This document shows, piece after piece, positions 26,004 through 35,824 of a stretch of 37,224 nucleotides of DNA (the stretch's first letter is position 1; every line of letters starts with the position of its first letter). Source of the stretch: a virus (Duplodnaviria > Caudoviricetes). The translations under genes and the position numbers were made by a program. The stretch spans positions 1 through 37,224 of the IMG/VR virus record IMGVR_UViG_3300037308_000183, one strand, 5' to 3'. The notes beneath the pieces were generated by a model. That model worked only from the letters and a program-made list of their open reading frames with translations, made no database searches and had not been told where the DNA came from.

Positions 26004-27532
26004 CCGAGCGGGTGGCGTGGTCCCCTCAGCCCGGGCCGCAGACGGCCGCGATCGCCTGCCCGCTGGACGAACTGTTCTACGGCGGCGCCCGGGGCGGCGG
26101 GAAGACCGACTTCCTGCTGGGCGACTGGATGACCCACGCCACCAAGTACGGCCCCGATGCCAACGGGCTCATGCTCCGCCGCACCCTCACCGAGTTCACC
26201 GAGATCGAACGGCGGGCCCTGACGCTGTTTGCTGGGCTGGCAGTCTACAACGCCACCAAGCACACATTCCGGTTCTCCAACGGCGCCACCCTGCGGTTGA
26301 CGTACCTCGACAACGACGCCGACGCCATGATGTATCAGGGCCACCAGTACACTTGGATCGGGGTGGACGAGGCAGGCAACTTCCCGGCGCCGTCGGCGAT
26401 CGACCTCCTGCGCGGCACCCTGCGGTCCCCGGCCGGTGTCCCCTGCCACCTGCGGCTCACTGGCAACCCGGGCGGCGTCGGTCATCACTGGATCAAGAGC
26501 CGGTACATCGACCCGGCGGCACCGTTCCACGTCGTCCGCTACCAGCCCCAGCCGATCGAAGCCCCGCACCTCTGGCGGGAGGCGGTGTTCATTCCCAGCA
26601 AGCTGGAGGACAACCCCCTGCTGATGCAGGCCAACCCACGGTACGAGGCGGAACTGGCGGCGGCAGGCTCCCCGGCCCTCTACCGGGCGTGGCGGTTCGG
26701 CGACTGGAACGCCATCGTGGGCGCCGTCTTCGCCGAGTGGCGCTCCGAGGTCCACGTCCTGCCGCTGGCGTGGGCGTTGCCGCAGGGGTGGACCCTGACC
26801 GGCGGGATGGACTGGGGCTACCGCGCGCCGGGGTGCTTCCTGCTGATGGCCTGTGGTCCCGAGGGCGAGGTGTACGGGCTGGACGAACTGTACTTCTCCC
26901 AGCAAACGGCCGGGGACGTGGGCCGAGCGGTGGGCATGCTCTGTCGCGGCTGGGGGCCGGTGGCCCAGATCGCCGCCGACGAGCAGATGTGGTACAAGAC
27001 CGGGGTGGGGGCGCCGACGCTGGCCGAGGAGTGTCAGGAGGGCCTGCGCGCCGCCTTCGGAGGACAGGGCGGGCCGGTGCTGGTGGAGGCGACGCATGGC
27101 CGGGGCTCACGGCTGGCGAAGCTGGCGGTGACGCGGCGCTACCTGCGGGTGGTGACGGCGCCCGATGGGACGGTGCCGCCGTGGGGCCAGCCCCGCCTGC
27201 GGTTCCACCCCCGGTGTCGGAACCTCATCCGCACCCTGCCGTCGTTGCCCTACGCGCAGGGCCGGAACGGGCAGGCCGAGGAGGACGTGGACACCACGGC
27301 CGAGGACCATCCCTACGATGCGCTGGGGGCCGTGCTGATGGCGCGCCCGCCGTTGCCGGAGCCGTTGCTGGCCGAGGTGCCGACGAACCAGCACCCGGGG
27401 TTCGACCTGCGCCAGCGGAAGCGGGAGCGGCGGTACGAGCGGGCGGTCGATCGGATGCTGGGACGGCCCGGGGTGCCGCCCGAAGGCAGTGACGACGAGG
27501 TGGCTGGGTTGCGGCGAGTGGACGAGTGGTGA
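26000..27532 (+). CDS. terL: Terminase large subunit
   Basis: PQPGPQ, YGGARGGGKT, IGVDEA, TGNPGG, GMDWGY and EDHPYDAL motifs. Confidence 0.95.
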   Translation: MTERVAWSPQPGPQTAAIACPLDELFYGGARGGGKTDFLLGDWMTHATKYGPDANGLMLRRTLTEFTEIERRALTLFAGLAVYNATKHTFRFSNGATLRLTYLDNDADAMMYQGHQYTWIGVDEAGNFPAPSAIDLLRGTLRSPAGVPCHLRLTGNPGGVGHHWIKSRYIDPAAPFHVVRYQPQPIEAPHLWREAVFIPSKLEDNPLLMQANPRYEAELAAAGSPALYRAWRFGDWNAIVGAVFAEWRSEVHVLPLAWALPQGWTLTGGMDWGYRAPGCFLLMACGPEGEVYGLDELYFSQQTAGDVGRAVGMLCRGWGPVAQIAADEQMWYKTGVGAPTLAEECQEGLRAAFGGQGGPVLVEATHGRGSRLAKLAVTRRYLRVVTAPDGTVPPWGQPRLRFHPRCRNLIRTLPSLPYAQGRNGQAEEDVDTTAEDHPYDALGAVLMARPPLPEPLLAEVPTNQHPGFDLRQRKRERRYERAVDRMLGRPGVPPEGSDDEVAGLRRVDEW

Positions 27533-27948
27533 CCCTCGCGCTATGGTTGGTGGCGCAGGCAGGACGAACCCGAATGGGGAGGTGGATCATGCTGGGCTTG
27601 CTGGAGATGCTGTGCGGGCTGGCACCGAACGGGCTGGCCAAGATCGTCCGGGGGAAGCTCCGGGAGAACGGGCAGTTGCTGGACCCCGTCACCCTGCAGA
27701 ACGTGGCGTGGGCCGCGCCGCTGGCGCTCCCGCTGACACCGGGCACCTTCCCGGACCAGTACGCGCAGATCGAAGTCGAGGGGTGGCTGGAGGTGGAGGA
27801 CAAGGCGCTCGCACAGTACCTCGCCCTCACGACCTCCACCGAGGTGGCGCGTGGACGCGCGGCGCTGGCCCCGGTGCTGTCGGCGCTGGCCGTGATGCTC
27901 GCGGCCGAGGAAGCCGCCGCCGCCCCGACGACCACGGCGGTGCGCTGA
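27526..27948 (+). CDS. Hypothetical protein
   Basis: Coupled ORF with typical codon bias; start may be 27529. Confidence 0.65.
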   Translation: MVTLALWLVAQAGRTRMGRWIMLGLLEMLCGLAPNGLAKIVRGKLRENGQLLDPVTLQNVAWAAPLALPLTPGTFPDQYAQIEVEGWLEVEDKALAQYLALTTSTEVARGRAALAPVLSALAVMLAAEEAAAAPTTTAVR

Positions 27949-28193
27949 TGCCGCGCCTCCATCCCGAGACCCTCGCGGTCCAGCGGGTCCTGCGGGCCAT
28001 CCGCGACCTGTCGTGGGGCGCCAAGCTCCGGGTGCTGGACTTCGCCCGCAACCTCGCCGCCGACGAGGTGGGCACGGGCGGGACGCCGTCCGAGCCGCCG
28101 GATGATCTGGGCATCGGCCAGCAGGGGCTGTTCCCGGCGCGGGATGCCGTGGGACAGGCGGCGCTGAGGGGCACGGCCCCGGAGTTCCCGTGA
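27948..28193 (+). CDS. Hypothetical protein
   Basis: TGATG overlap; MPRLHPETLAVQRVL... Confidence 0.65.
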   Translation: MPRLHPETLAVQRVLRAIRDLSWGAKLRVLDFARNLAADEVGTGGTPSEPPDDLGIGQQGLFPARDAVGQAALRGTAPEFP

Positions 28194-28624
28194 GCCCGGC
28201 CGTGCTGGCCCCAGCCGGGTGGGAGAAGTTGGAGTCGTGCCACCCCCGGCTCCGCGAGGTGGTGCTGGCGGTGCATGCGTTCCACCCGGTGCAGGTCCTC
28301 TCCGGCCTCCGCACCGCCGAGGAGCAGGCCAAGCTGTTCATCGATGGCGTCACCAAACTGGACGGCGTGACGAAGAAGTCGAAGCACCAGACCGGCGCGG
28401 CGGTCGATCTGGCGCCCCTGCCGGTCCTGTGGCCGGACCAGCAGGGCATCCTGCGCGTCGAGGCCGAGCATCGGCTGAAGCGGTTCCACGTCATGGCCGG
28501 GGTGGTGCTGGGCATGGCGCAGGTGATGGGGCTGAACCTCCGGTGGGGCGGGGACTGGGACGAGGACTGGGTCTACAACGACCAGTCGTTCCACGACCTG
28601 CCGCACTTCGAGGTGGTGGAGTGA
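28190..28624 (+). CDS. Endolysin, peptidase M15 family (L-Ala-D-Glu endopeptidase-like)
   Basis: GLRTAEEQ, SKHQTGAAVDLAP, WGGDW and DLPHFE motifs. Confidence 0.9.
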   Translation: MSPAVLAPAGWEKLESCHPRLREVVLAVHAFHPVQVLSGLRTAEEQAKLFIDGVTKLDGVTKKSKHQTGAAVDLAPLPVLWPDQQGILRVEAEHRLKRFHVMAGVVLGMAQVMGLNLRWGGDWDEDWVYNDQSFHDLPHFEVVE

Positions 28625-28724
28625 CGGTGCATCGGGGGCCGGGACCGCAGTCCCCGTCGAGGGGGTGGTCACCAGCCAACGAAGAGCGGACCTCGCGCGG
28701 TGCAACGGCCGCCTCCCGGTCTCC

Positions 28725-28937
28725 ATGCGCTGGCTCGTCTGGTTGACGGTGCGGGAACGCCAGCCGGTGGCGGGCATCCCCGGGAAGCACCTGCTGGCCC
28801 GGGACGTGATGCTGGGGCACGTCGAGGCCCCGGACAAGTACCGGGCGGAGCGGCAGGCCCGGCATCGGTTCGTCTCTCTGCACAACCAGCCGCTCCGGGT
28901 GCAGAGTGAGGCGAGTTGGAGGTTGGATCAACCATGA
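28725..28937 (+). CDS. Hypothetical protein (start uncertain)
   Basis: MRWLVWLTVRE...VEAPDKYRAERQAR; stop overlaps the next ATG. Confidence 0.55.
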   Translation: MRWLVWLTVRERQPVAGIPGKHLLARDVMLGHVEAPDKYRAERQARHRFVSLHNQPLRVQSEASWRLDQP

Positions 28938-29134
28938 GCGAGCGACAGGCGAAGAAGGTGAACCGGGCGGTGCGGAAGGGGCTCCGCGAGGCGAAGCTCA
29001 CCCCGGACATGATCGGCGCCGCGATCGTGGAGACGGCGCTGGGGTGGCTCCGGCCCCGGCCGTGGTATGTGCCCCGGTGGCTGTGGAGCAAGCTGGTCTA
29101 CTTCGTCCTGCCGGGCTTGCCGCCCGAGGGGTGA
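28934..29134 (+). CDS. Hypothetical protein
   Basis: GGAGG SD and ATGA overlap. Confidence 0.65.
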   Translation: MSERQAKKVNRAVRKGLREAKLTPDMIGAAIVETALGWLRPRPWYVPRWLWSKLVYFVLPGLPPEG

Positions 29135-29137
29135 GCC

Positions 29138-29413
29138 ATGCGTGTCCGCCTGAAGCCGAACGAGTGCAACGCGGTCCAGTGGACCGGCGACAACTTGCTG
29201 GAGATGGGGGCGCTGGCCAAGGGCGACCTCAGTCCGTTCCGCCGACAGGGTCCGGTGCTGGTGGTCGAGTCGCCGACCGGCCCCGAGGAGGCGCGCCCGG
29301 GCGACTGGGTGATCGCCACCGACGAGGGGAACCTCTTCACCTGCGACGCCGAGACGTTCCCCCGGTGCTACGAGACGATCGGGGAGACACCCGTCCTGAA
29401 GCTCCACCACTGA
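29138..29413 (+). CDS. Conserved phage hypothetical protein
   Basis: KP..AVQWTGDN...GDWVI...GNLFTC..ETF...YE pattern, common in phage proteins. Confidence 0.75.
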   Translation: MRVRLKPNECNAVQWTGDNLLEMGALAKGDLSPFRRQGPVLVVESPTGPEEARPGDWVIATDEGNLFTCDAETFPRCYETIGETPVLKLHH

Positions 29414-29424
29414 GGAGGACGTCG

Positions 29425-29739
29425 ATGTTCGGACAGGGCGCGTTCGTCGCGCATTTGCTGGACGAGGTGGCCTACCTGCGGGAGCGGGTGCGGGTGCTGG
29501 AGGACCGGCTCTGGAGCGGCGTCCCGATGGCAATCGCCACCGCACCGGAGGCAATCGCCGTCATGCCCGCGCCCCCGCCGTTCCCCCCGGAAGTGCAGGA
29601 CGCGATTGACAGCCGGGCGGAAGAAGACCAAGATACACGGCGGTTGCTGGAGACGTTTGCCAAGGCGGCGCTCGTTGACCAGAAGCCCACGGCCGTGGCG
29701 GCCGCGATCCTCCGGGGCCAAGACGTGGACGAGGTGTAA
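29425..29739 (+). CDS. Hypothetical protein
   Basis: GAGGAGG SD; coiled-coil N-terminus. Confidence 0.7.
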   Translation: MFGQGAFVAHLLDEVAYLRERVRVLEDRLWSGVPMAIATAPEAIAVMPAPPPFPPEVQDAIDSRAEEDQDTRRLLETFAKAALVDQKPTAVAAAILRGQDVDEV

Positions 29740-32214
29740 GTGACCGACTTCGAAGTCGAATCCGACAAGGAAGTAGGCGCCCCACCCGAGGAGCGTGAGG
29801 ACGAGCCCAGCAGTTTGCTGGACCTAGCCGCGTTGCCCGAGGGCGAGGCCCGGGTCGCCAAGCGGGTCGTCGGCTGGTGGACCGAGCAGAACAAGCGGAT
29901 GCGGCGGATGGAGGAGGAGTGGCGCGTGAACCGCGCGCGGCGCCGGGGCATGGCGAACGTGAAGCTCATCAAGCGCTCCCTCGACACCGCCGACTACGAG
30001 GTCTGGGCGCCGCCGATGCTGAACTACACCCCGGCGACGTTCAACAAGGCCGATCGGCTCTGCCGCCGCGTCTGCTCCTTCTTGTTCACCGATCCCCCAC
30101 TCCCCGAAGCCGTCCCGGCCCGCGACGACGACGAAGCCCGCGACGCCGCCGAGACCGCCACCCGCATCCTGCAGGCCCTCACGTCCGACCGGGGCGTTGA
30201 TGACGTCCGCACGGCGCGCCGGGCCTTCGACCTCGCCTCGACGTTCGACTCCGGGTTCCGCTACCACTGGGTCGATCCCATGGGCGGCGGCACCCAGCCG
30301 GTCACGGTGCAGGCGCACCCGAAGGCCACCACGCTGGCGCAGTGCATGCCGCAGGTGGTGGACCCGGCGACCGGCCTGCCCTACGGCGGGCCCTACGAGA
30401 CCCGGTACGTCCGGGCGGACGGGACCCTCACGCCCGAGGAACACGCCACCGGGCTCCAGCGGCAGTTCCTGCCCGCGATCCGCACCGACGTGCTGTACGG
30501 CAAGAACGTGCGGCTGATGCCCGCCAGCGCCAACGACATCTGGGAAGCGGACGCCGCCATGGTGGGCTCGTTCCAGCGGGCCGGGGACCTCAAGGGCGCG
30601 TTCCCGAAGCTGGCCGAGATGCCGCCGGAGGAGTTCAAGCAGATCGTCGGCGAGCGGCCCGACGGCGCGCTCCGGTGCGCGGAGACGTGGCAACAGGCGG
30701 CGATCAAGGAGCAGGACGACGGCGAGGACGATGCGCTCGTCTGGACGATCGTCTTCTACCGGAAGCAGGGCGCGACCGAGATGCAGGGCGTCTACGCGGT
30801 CGTCGTCGGGAAGGACACGCTGGCCCATATCCAGCCGTGGTCGAACCCGAACAGCGACGAACCGCTGATGATCCCGATCGACCAGTTCAAGCAGTTCGAT
30901 GACGAGGACAACCCCTACGGTCGCGGCCTGATGCGGCAACTGGGCGGCGGCAACGAACTGCTGGCGCAGGGCTTCGACGCCGTCACCACGCACTTCCAGC
31001 GGACCAAGAACCGCCACATCTTCGTCCCGACGAACAGCATCGTGCAGGCGAAGCAACTGCAGAGCCCGACCCAGACGGTCATCCCGACGAACCCCGGGGG
31101 GAAACCCGAGTACGAGGATATCCCGCCCCTGCCCCAGCAATACTTCCAGTTCATCGACACGGTCATCAAGGAACTGAACGACGAGAGCGGCCTGCAGGAG
31201 GTGGCGCAGGGCGTCAACACGCCCAGCGTCCAGAGCGGCCTGCATGCCCGCCAGATCATCGAACAGTCGATCGTGGCGGTGAGCGACCTGCGGCAGAACA
31301 CCGAGCGGGCGCTGGTGCGAGGCTACCTGATCCGGCTCCAGTTGGTGAAGGCGTTCTTCTCCCTGCCGCAGGACCTGCGGTATCTGGGCGACGACGGGCA
31401 GTACAAGGTGGATCGCTGGACCAGCGCCGACCTGCGCGACGTCTCGGACGTGCGCGTCGGCAAGGGGTCCTTCACCCAACTGTCCCCGCCCGCCAAGGCG
31501 CAGGAAGCCGAGCGCATGTTCGCCACCCGGGATGCCAGCGGGCAGTCGTTGCTGAGTCTGCAGGAACTGAAGCACCTGATCCTCGGCAACGTCGGCGGGC
31601 TCATCGGGATTCAGGACGACCCGTTCCGCATGCGGGTGAAGCGCCAGTTGGCGACGTGGCAGGATGGCCCCGACGCCGAGAGCGAGATCGCCCTCGTTCA
31701 GCGGCGCATGGCGTGGGAGCAACTCAAGCTCCAGAGCGCGGCCCTCCCGCCCGAGCAACAGCAGGCGTTCCAGCAACAGGCGATGCAGATGCTGGACGCG
31801 CAGTACCCCCTGAAGAGCCCGTTCGATCGCCTGCCGGTGGACGAAGAACCCGCCGTGGCATCGATCCGGCACTTCGAGATCGCCCGGACGCTGGTCTCCA
31901 TCAAGAGCCAGCGCTATCCGGCCGAGTGGCTCCAGCTTTTGCTGAACGAGTACACGGCGATGCGAGGTGCCGCTGGCATCTCCACGCTGGAAGAGCAACG
32001 GCAGGCGCAGGCCCAGCAGGCCGAAGCGGCCCAAAAAGCCGAGGCCCAGAAGGCCGCCGCCAAGACGCAGGGCGAGCAGGTGAAGTCACAAGCCGAGGTC
32101 CAGAAGGCCCAGATCGAAACGCAGGGCCGGGTCCTCGAAGCGCAGGCCCAAGGTCGGCCGCAGGTGTCAGTGAACCTGACCGGCGAGGAACTGATGGCGG
32201 GCGCGGCGCTGTGA
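29740..32214 (+). CDS. Portal protein with long C-terminal Q/A-rich coiled coil (P22-like)
   Basis: 824 aa, upstream of scaffold and capsid; NKADRLC, PYGRGLMRQL and SGLQEVAQG...SG patterns. Confidence 0.8.
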   Translation: MTDFEVESDKEVGAPPEEREDEPSSLLDLAALPEGEARVAKRVVGWWTEQNKRMRRMEEEWRVNRARRRGMANVKLIKRSLDTADYEVWAPPMLNYTPATFNKADRLCRRVCSFLFTDPPLPEAVPARDDDEARDAAETATRILQALTSDRGVDDVRTARRAFDLASTFDSGFRYHWVDPMGGGTQPVTVQAHPKATTLAQCMPQVVDPATGLPYGGPYETRYVRADGTLTPEEHATGLQRQFLPAIRTDVLYGKNVRLMPASANDIWEADAAMVGSFQRAGDLKGAFPKLAEMPPEEFKQIVGERPDGALRCAETWQQAAIKEQDDGEDDALVWTIVFYRKQGATEMQGVYAVVVGKDTLAHIQPWSNPNSDEPLMIPIDQFKQFDDEDNPYGRGLMRQLGGGNELLAQGFDAVTTHFQRTKNRHIFVPTNSIVQAKQLQSPTQTVIPTNPGGKPEYEDIPPLPQQYFQFIDTVIKELNDESGLQEVAQGVNTPSVQSGLHARQIIEQSIVAVSDLRQNTERALVRGYLIRLQLVKAFFSLPQDLRYLGDDGQYKVDRWTSADLRDVSDVRVGKGSFTQLSPPAKAQEAERMFATRDASGQSLLSLQELKHLILGNVGGLIGIQDDPFRMRVKRQLATWQDGPDAESEIALVQRRMAWEQLKLQSAALPPEQQQAFQQQAMQMLDAQYPLKSPFDRLPVDEEPAVASIRHFEIARTLVSIKSQRYPAEWLQLLLNEYTAMRGAAGISTLEEQRQAQAQQAEAAQKAEAQKAAAKTQGEQVKSQAEVQKAQIETQGRVLEAQAQGRPQVSVNLTGEELMAGAAL

Positions 32215-32233
32215 TCCCCAACGAGGAGACGTT

Positions 32234-33370
32234 ATGAGCGAGCAGGACACGCAGGTGCAGGGTTCCGGCGACGACACGGGCTCCGAGGTCGAGCTTCTCG
32301 ACATCTCCGAGGCCGTGGATTTCGAAACCCTGCGGGCTCCCGCCGCCAAGAGCGACGGTGGTCAGCCTGCGCCCGAGACGGATGGTGCCGAAACGCCCAG
32401 CCCGGACGAAGCCGAGGCGGCGCAGGCCCAGCCCTCTGCGGATCAGCAGTCGCCGGAATCCACCCCCGCGTCGGACGACGAGACCGCGAAGTACCTCGCG
32501 CAGTTCCCCACGTTCAGCTACAAGGCGGACGGCAAGGAACATGAGGTGCCCGGGGCGCACGTTGCCGACAACGGCGTGTTCTTCACCCCGCAGGCCATGC
32601 AGTGGCTCCGGGACCAGTTGGCGACGGCCCACGCGCACAACGGGTCGTGGCAACGGGAACTGGCGAAGGCCAAGCGGCTCGGGCTGGACGAAGGCCAGCG
32701 GAGCGCGCAGGCGGTGGCGCGGCAGGCGGACGCGAAGGCGAAGGCCGCCGACGTCATCACGTCGAAGATGATGGAGTTGGCCGAGCAGGGCGAGGAAGCC
32801 GCGTGGGAGTGGTTCCAGAACTTCCGGGCGAACCTCCCTCGGCTGTTGGCGGAGGCCGAACGGGCCCAGACCAAGGCCGAGCGGGATGAGTTGGAGCAGG
32901 AGAAACAGGAGCGGCGGACGGGCGAGTTGAAGACTCAGCAGACCGCCGCCTTCGACCATCTCCTGCGGGAGTACGCCACGAAGTTCGAGGGCGTCGATGT
33001 GGCCCGGGTCCGGGCCCGACTGGAACGGCAGTGGGATGCGATGTTCCCCGTGGACGAGAAGACCGGCGAGGCGCTGGTGAACTACGGGCTCATCGAAGAC
33101 GAGTTCCAGTACGCGGCCGAGTTGCTGGGCGATGCGCGCACGGTGCGCGCCAGCGCCAGCAAGGCCACGGCCACCGGCCAGCAGAACGCCGCCGCCGTGC
33201 AACCCTCGTCTGCGCCCCCGGCCGTCGCGCCGCGCGCAGGCGCACGAGGGAAGCCGACCAGCGGCGGGATGCAGGGCCGGAAGTTCAAGACCCGCGAGGA
33301 GTTCGAAGCGTATCTCGCCAGCGGCAAGGCGGATGCCGAGGCGCTGGAGATGCTCAAGACACTGGGCTAA
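32234..33370 (+). CDS. Putative scaffolding protein
   Basis: Acidic disordered N-terminus, YKADGKEHEV, coiled coil; lies between portal and capsid. Confidence 0.7.
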   Translation: MSEQDTQVQGSGDDTGSEVELLDISEAVDFETLRAPAAKSDGGQPAPETDGAETPSPDEAEAAQAQPSADQQSPESTPASDDETAKYLAQFPTFSYKADGKEHEVPGAHVADNGVFFTPQAMQWLRDQLATAHAHNGSWQRELAKAKRLGLDEGQRSAQAVARQADAKAKAADVITSKMMELAEQGEEAAWEWFQNFRANLPRLLAEAERAQTKAERDELEQEKQERRTGELKTQQTAAFDHLLREYATKFEGVDVARVRARLERQWDAMFPVDEKTGEALVNYGLIEDEFQYAAELLGDARTVRASASKATATGQQNAAAVQPSSAPPAVAPRAGARGKPTSGGMQGRKFKTREEFEAYLASGKADAEALEMLKTLG

Positions 33371-33406
33371 ACTGGGCCGCGCGAGCGGCCAGAGGGAGTG
33401 TAGGAC

Positions 33407-34657
33407 ATGGCGACCGTGGCATGGAGCCCATCCACCTCGGGTTCCAATCTCGACAAGGTCTGGCGGATCGTGCAGTTGCAACTCCATCAGGCCTTCAACT
33501 TCAGCTATCCCGAGTGGAACGTCCTCTCGGACAAGATTCAGCGGATGCGGATCAACCTGTCCGCCCGCCAGATCATCCTCCCGCTCGACCTGCAGGAAGA
33601 CTACGGTGTCGCGTCCATCCCCGAGGGGGGCTGGGAAGCGGTGCCCGGGTCGCCGAACGTGGTCGAGGCGGTGCTGACGTGGATCACGCTGAACAAGCGG
33701 TTCGCCCTCACCCGGACGGCCAAGCAGTTGGACACGGGTGGGAACGCCGCCGCGATGGTGATGAAGCAGATCAGGTATCAGGGCATGAAGGCCGTGCAGG
33801 CCATCCAGCGCCGGGTGGCGGACTACATGTACGGCTTCTCGACCGCCGTGATGTGCAAGATCAACTCGGCCGCAGGTGCCCCGGCCTACACCATGAAGGA
33901 CCTGTACGGCAAGACCGGCCTCGGCACTGCGAGCATCTTCACGCCTCGCCTGTTCAAGGCCGGGGACCGGATCGCGATCCTCAACCCGACGGGTCCGGCC
34001 CTGCGGGCGGGCATCTACGCGATCTCCAGCGTGGTCGGTGACACCGTCACCCTCGGCGGCTCGCCGACGGGTGCGGCGGCCAACGACCTCGTCGTGTTCG
34101 CGAACAGCACCGAGGACGCCGACATCGCCCAGACCGACTACTCGCGCGGGCTGGTCGGCATGCTCGACGCGGCCGAGACCGCGTCGGTCCACTCGCTGTC
34201 CAACGCCAACTGGCTCCCGGGATACACGGACACGGCCAGCGGGCGCTTCGGCACGGTGGAACTGCGGAAGGGCAAGCAGGGCATCCAGAACAAGGGCGGT
34301 GGCGACCTCAACTTCCTGCTGATGTCGCAGGGGGTCGAGAACGACATCGTCGCCGGGCTCCGGGCGGGCGTGCGGTTCGCGGACGCCTTCAACATGGAGA
34401 TCGACGGGGCCGCGAAGGCCAAGGGCATCACGATCCTCTCGACCGAGCGGTGCCCGAACGGCTACGTCTTCGGCATGGACATCAAGAAGAGCGTGAAGAA
34501 GCTCGAACTCCTGTCCGGGCTGTCGGAGCCGGGCTGGGACGAGGCGGAGAAGATTCCGAACCGTGCCGGGTTCGTGTTCCCGATCGACTGGCCGCTGGCG
34601 ATGATCCACACCAACCGTGGCAACTTCGCCTACTGGTCGAACAAGACCGAGCAGTAG
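33407..34657 (+). CDS. Major capsid protein
   Basis: 416 aa following the scaffold, strong codon bias, stable hairpin downstream. Confidence 0.8.
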   Translation: MATVAWSPSTSGSNLDKVWRIVQLQLHQAFNFSYPEWNVLSDKIQRMRINLSARQIILPLDLQEDYGVASIPEGGWEAVPGSPNVVEAVLTWITLNKRFALTRTAKQLDTGGNAAAMVMKQIRYQGMKAVQAIQRRVADYMYGFSTAVMCKINSAAGAPAYTMKDLYGKTGLGTASIFTPRLFKAGDRIAILNPTGPALRAGIYAISSVVGDTVTLGGSPTGAAANDLVVFANSTEDADIAQTDYSRGLVGMLDAAETASVHSLSNANWLPGYTDTASGRFGTVELRKGKQGIQNKGGGDLNFLLMSQGVENDIVAGLRAGVRFADAFNMEIDGAAKAKGITILSTERCPNGYVFGMDIKKSVKKLELLSGLSEPGWDEAEKIPNRAGFVFPIDWPLAMIHTNRGNFAYWSNKTEQ

Positions 34658-34667
34658 ACCGCCACCG

Positions 34668-34695
34668 TGAGGGGTGGGCTTCGGCCCACCCCTCA
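34668..34695 (+). terminator. 12-bp hairpin with cUUCGg tetraloop after the capsid gene (no U-tract)
   Basis: TGAGGGGTGGGC-TTCG-GCCCACCCCTCA. Confidence 0.6.
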
Positions 34696-34712
34696 GAGAG
34701 GAGTGCAGGACC

Positions 34713-35003
34713 GTGATTTACAGGACTGCGGCGGTCGATCCCGCCAACGCCACGGCGGTCACGTCGGTCGATACGGCGGTGACCGTGCAGGGTGTGGACG
34801 TGGGCGACCTCGTCATCGCGTTCCCCCCGGCGACACTGGAGGCCGGGTTGGCCTTTCAGGCCGCATGGGTGAGCGCGAAGAACCAGATCACCGTGCGGAT
34901 CACCAACGCCTCGGCGGGCGCGATCAACGGCGCGTCGAAGACGTGGGAGTTCTACATCATCAAGAAGATGGGTGGGGTCTTCCCCGGAAGCCCGACCATC
35001 TGA
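34713..35003 (+). CDS. Putative capsid decoration/cement protein
   Basis: Small beta-rich protein (VTVQGVDVGDLV..AWVSAKNQITVRITN) directly after the capsid gene. Confidence 0.65.
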   Translation: MIYRTAAVDPANATAVTSVDTAVTVQGVDVGDLVIAFPPATLEAGLAFQAAWVSAKNQITVRITNASAGAINGASKTWEFYIIKKMGGVFPGSPTI

Positions 35004-35824
35004 TGCCCGTGCCGTTGTCGATGTACCGGCACGACTGGGAGCCACGCCCCGAGTGGCAAGCGATGCTCGACGCGATCGCGCCGCCTGCCACTCGGGTGCC
35101 GTGGCTGAAGCTCGTCTGGCTCGCGGGAGAGGTGTACGAACCGATCCAGCGCTGGGCGATCTATGAGATGATCCCCAACCTCGGCTTGCTGGGACCCAAG
35201 CGCCCCGGCGAGAAGCGGGAGGAGACCATCCTCGGAGAGTTCATGGATCACCCCCCACCCCGGTGGCGCGGGAAGTGGGTGGAGGACCCCGATGTCGCGG
35301 GAGGCAAGCGCTGGCAGTCGGAATCGCTGGTGAGCCGCCTGCAGTACGAACTGTTCCAGCAAACGCGGTGCGCGCCGTCCCTGCTCTGGATCGTGCAGGG
35401 CGCCAACGGTGGCCACCTCTACACCCTGCCGCCGCACGCGAACGCCGTATGGGAGCGGGAGGCGGGGCAGTCGTGGCCCGCGCCGGGCGACCTGCCCTAC
35501 GCGGAGCCTGACGTGCGAACCTTCACGGCGTTGCTGGAGCGGGACCGCCTGCGGCGCTGGGAAGAGCGGGTCGGTCACTGGGAGCGGCGGTACGGCGCCC
35601 GGGATGGATCGATCGACTGGGAGCGGGCCATCTACTCCAAGGGACAGACCCTGCAGGAGGAGATGATCGAACTCCGCCACTCGTCGATGCGCTGGCTCGA
35701 CGAGCAGATGTACCAAGTCCAGCAAACTCTCTCGCTGAAGGAAGCCCAAGAGGCTCTGGATCAAGCTCCCAGCGAGGACGGCGACCGCCCGGATGCGGTC
35801 TTTGACGAGGAGATGTTCGGATGA
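35003..35824 (+). CDS. Hypothetical protein
   Basis: TGATG overlap; MPVPLSMYRHDWEP... Confidence 0.75.
   Translation: MPVPLSMYRHDWEPRPEWQAMLDAIAPPATRVPWLKLVWLAGEVYEPIQRWAIYEMIPNLGLLGPKRPGEKREETILGEFMDHPPPRWRGKWVEDPDVAGGKRWQSESLVSRLQYELFQQTRCAPSLLWIVQGANGGHLYTLPPHANAVWEREAGQSWPAPGDLPYAEPDVRTFTALLERDRLRRWEERVGHWERRYGARDGSIDWERAIYSKGQTLQEEMIELRHSSMRWLDEQMYQVQQTLSLKEAQEALDQAPSEDGDRPDAVFDEEMFG

Noticed and set aside
28621-28746. Short GTG ORF after the endolysin as a spanin
   Set aside because: No lipobox or TM segment; low-complexity shadow-like sequence
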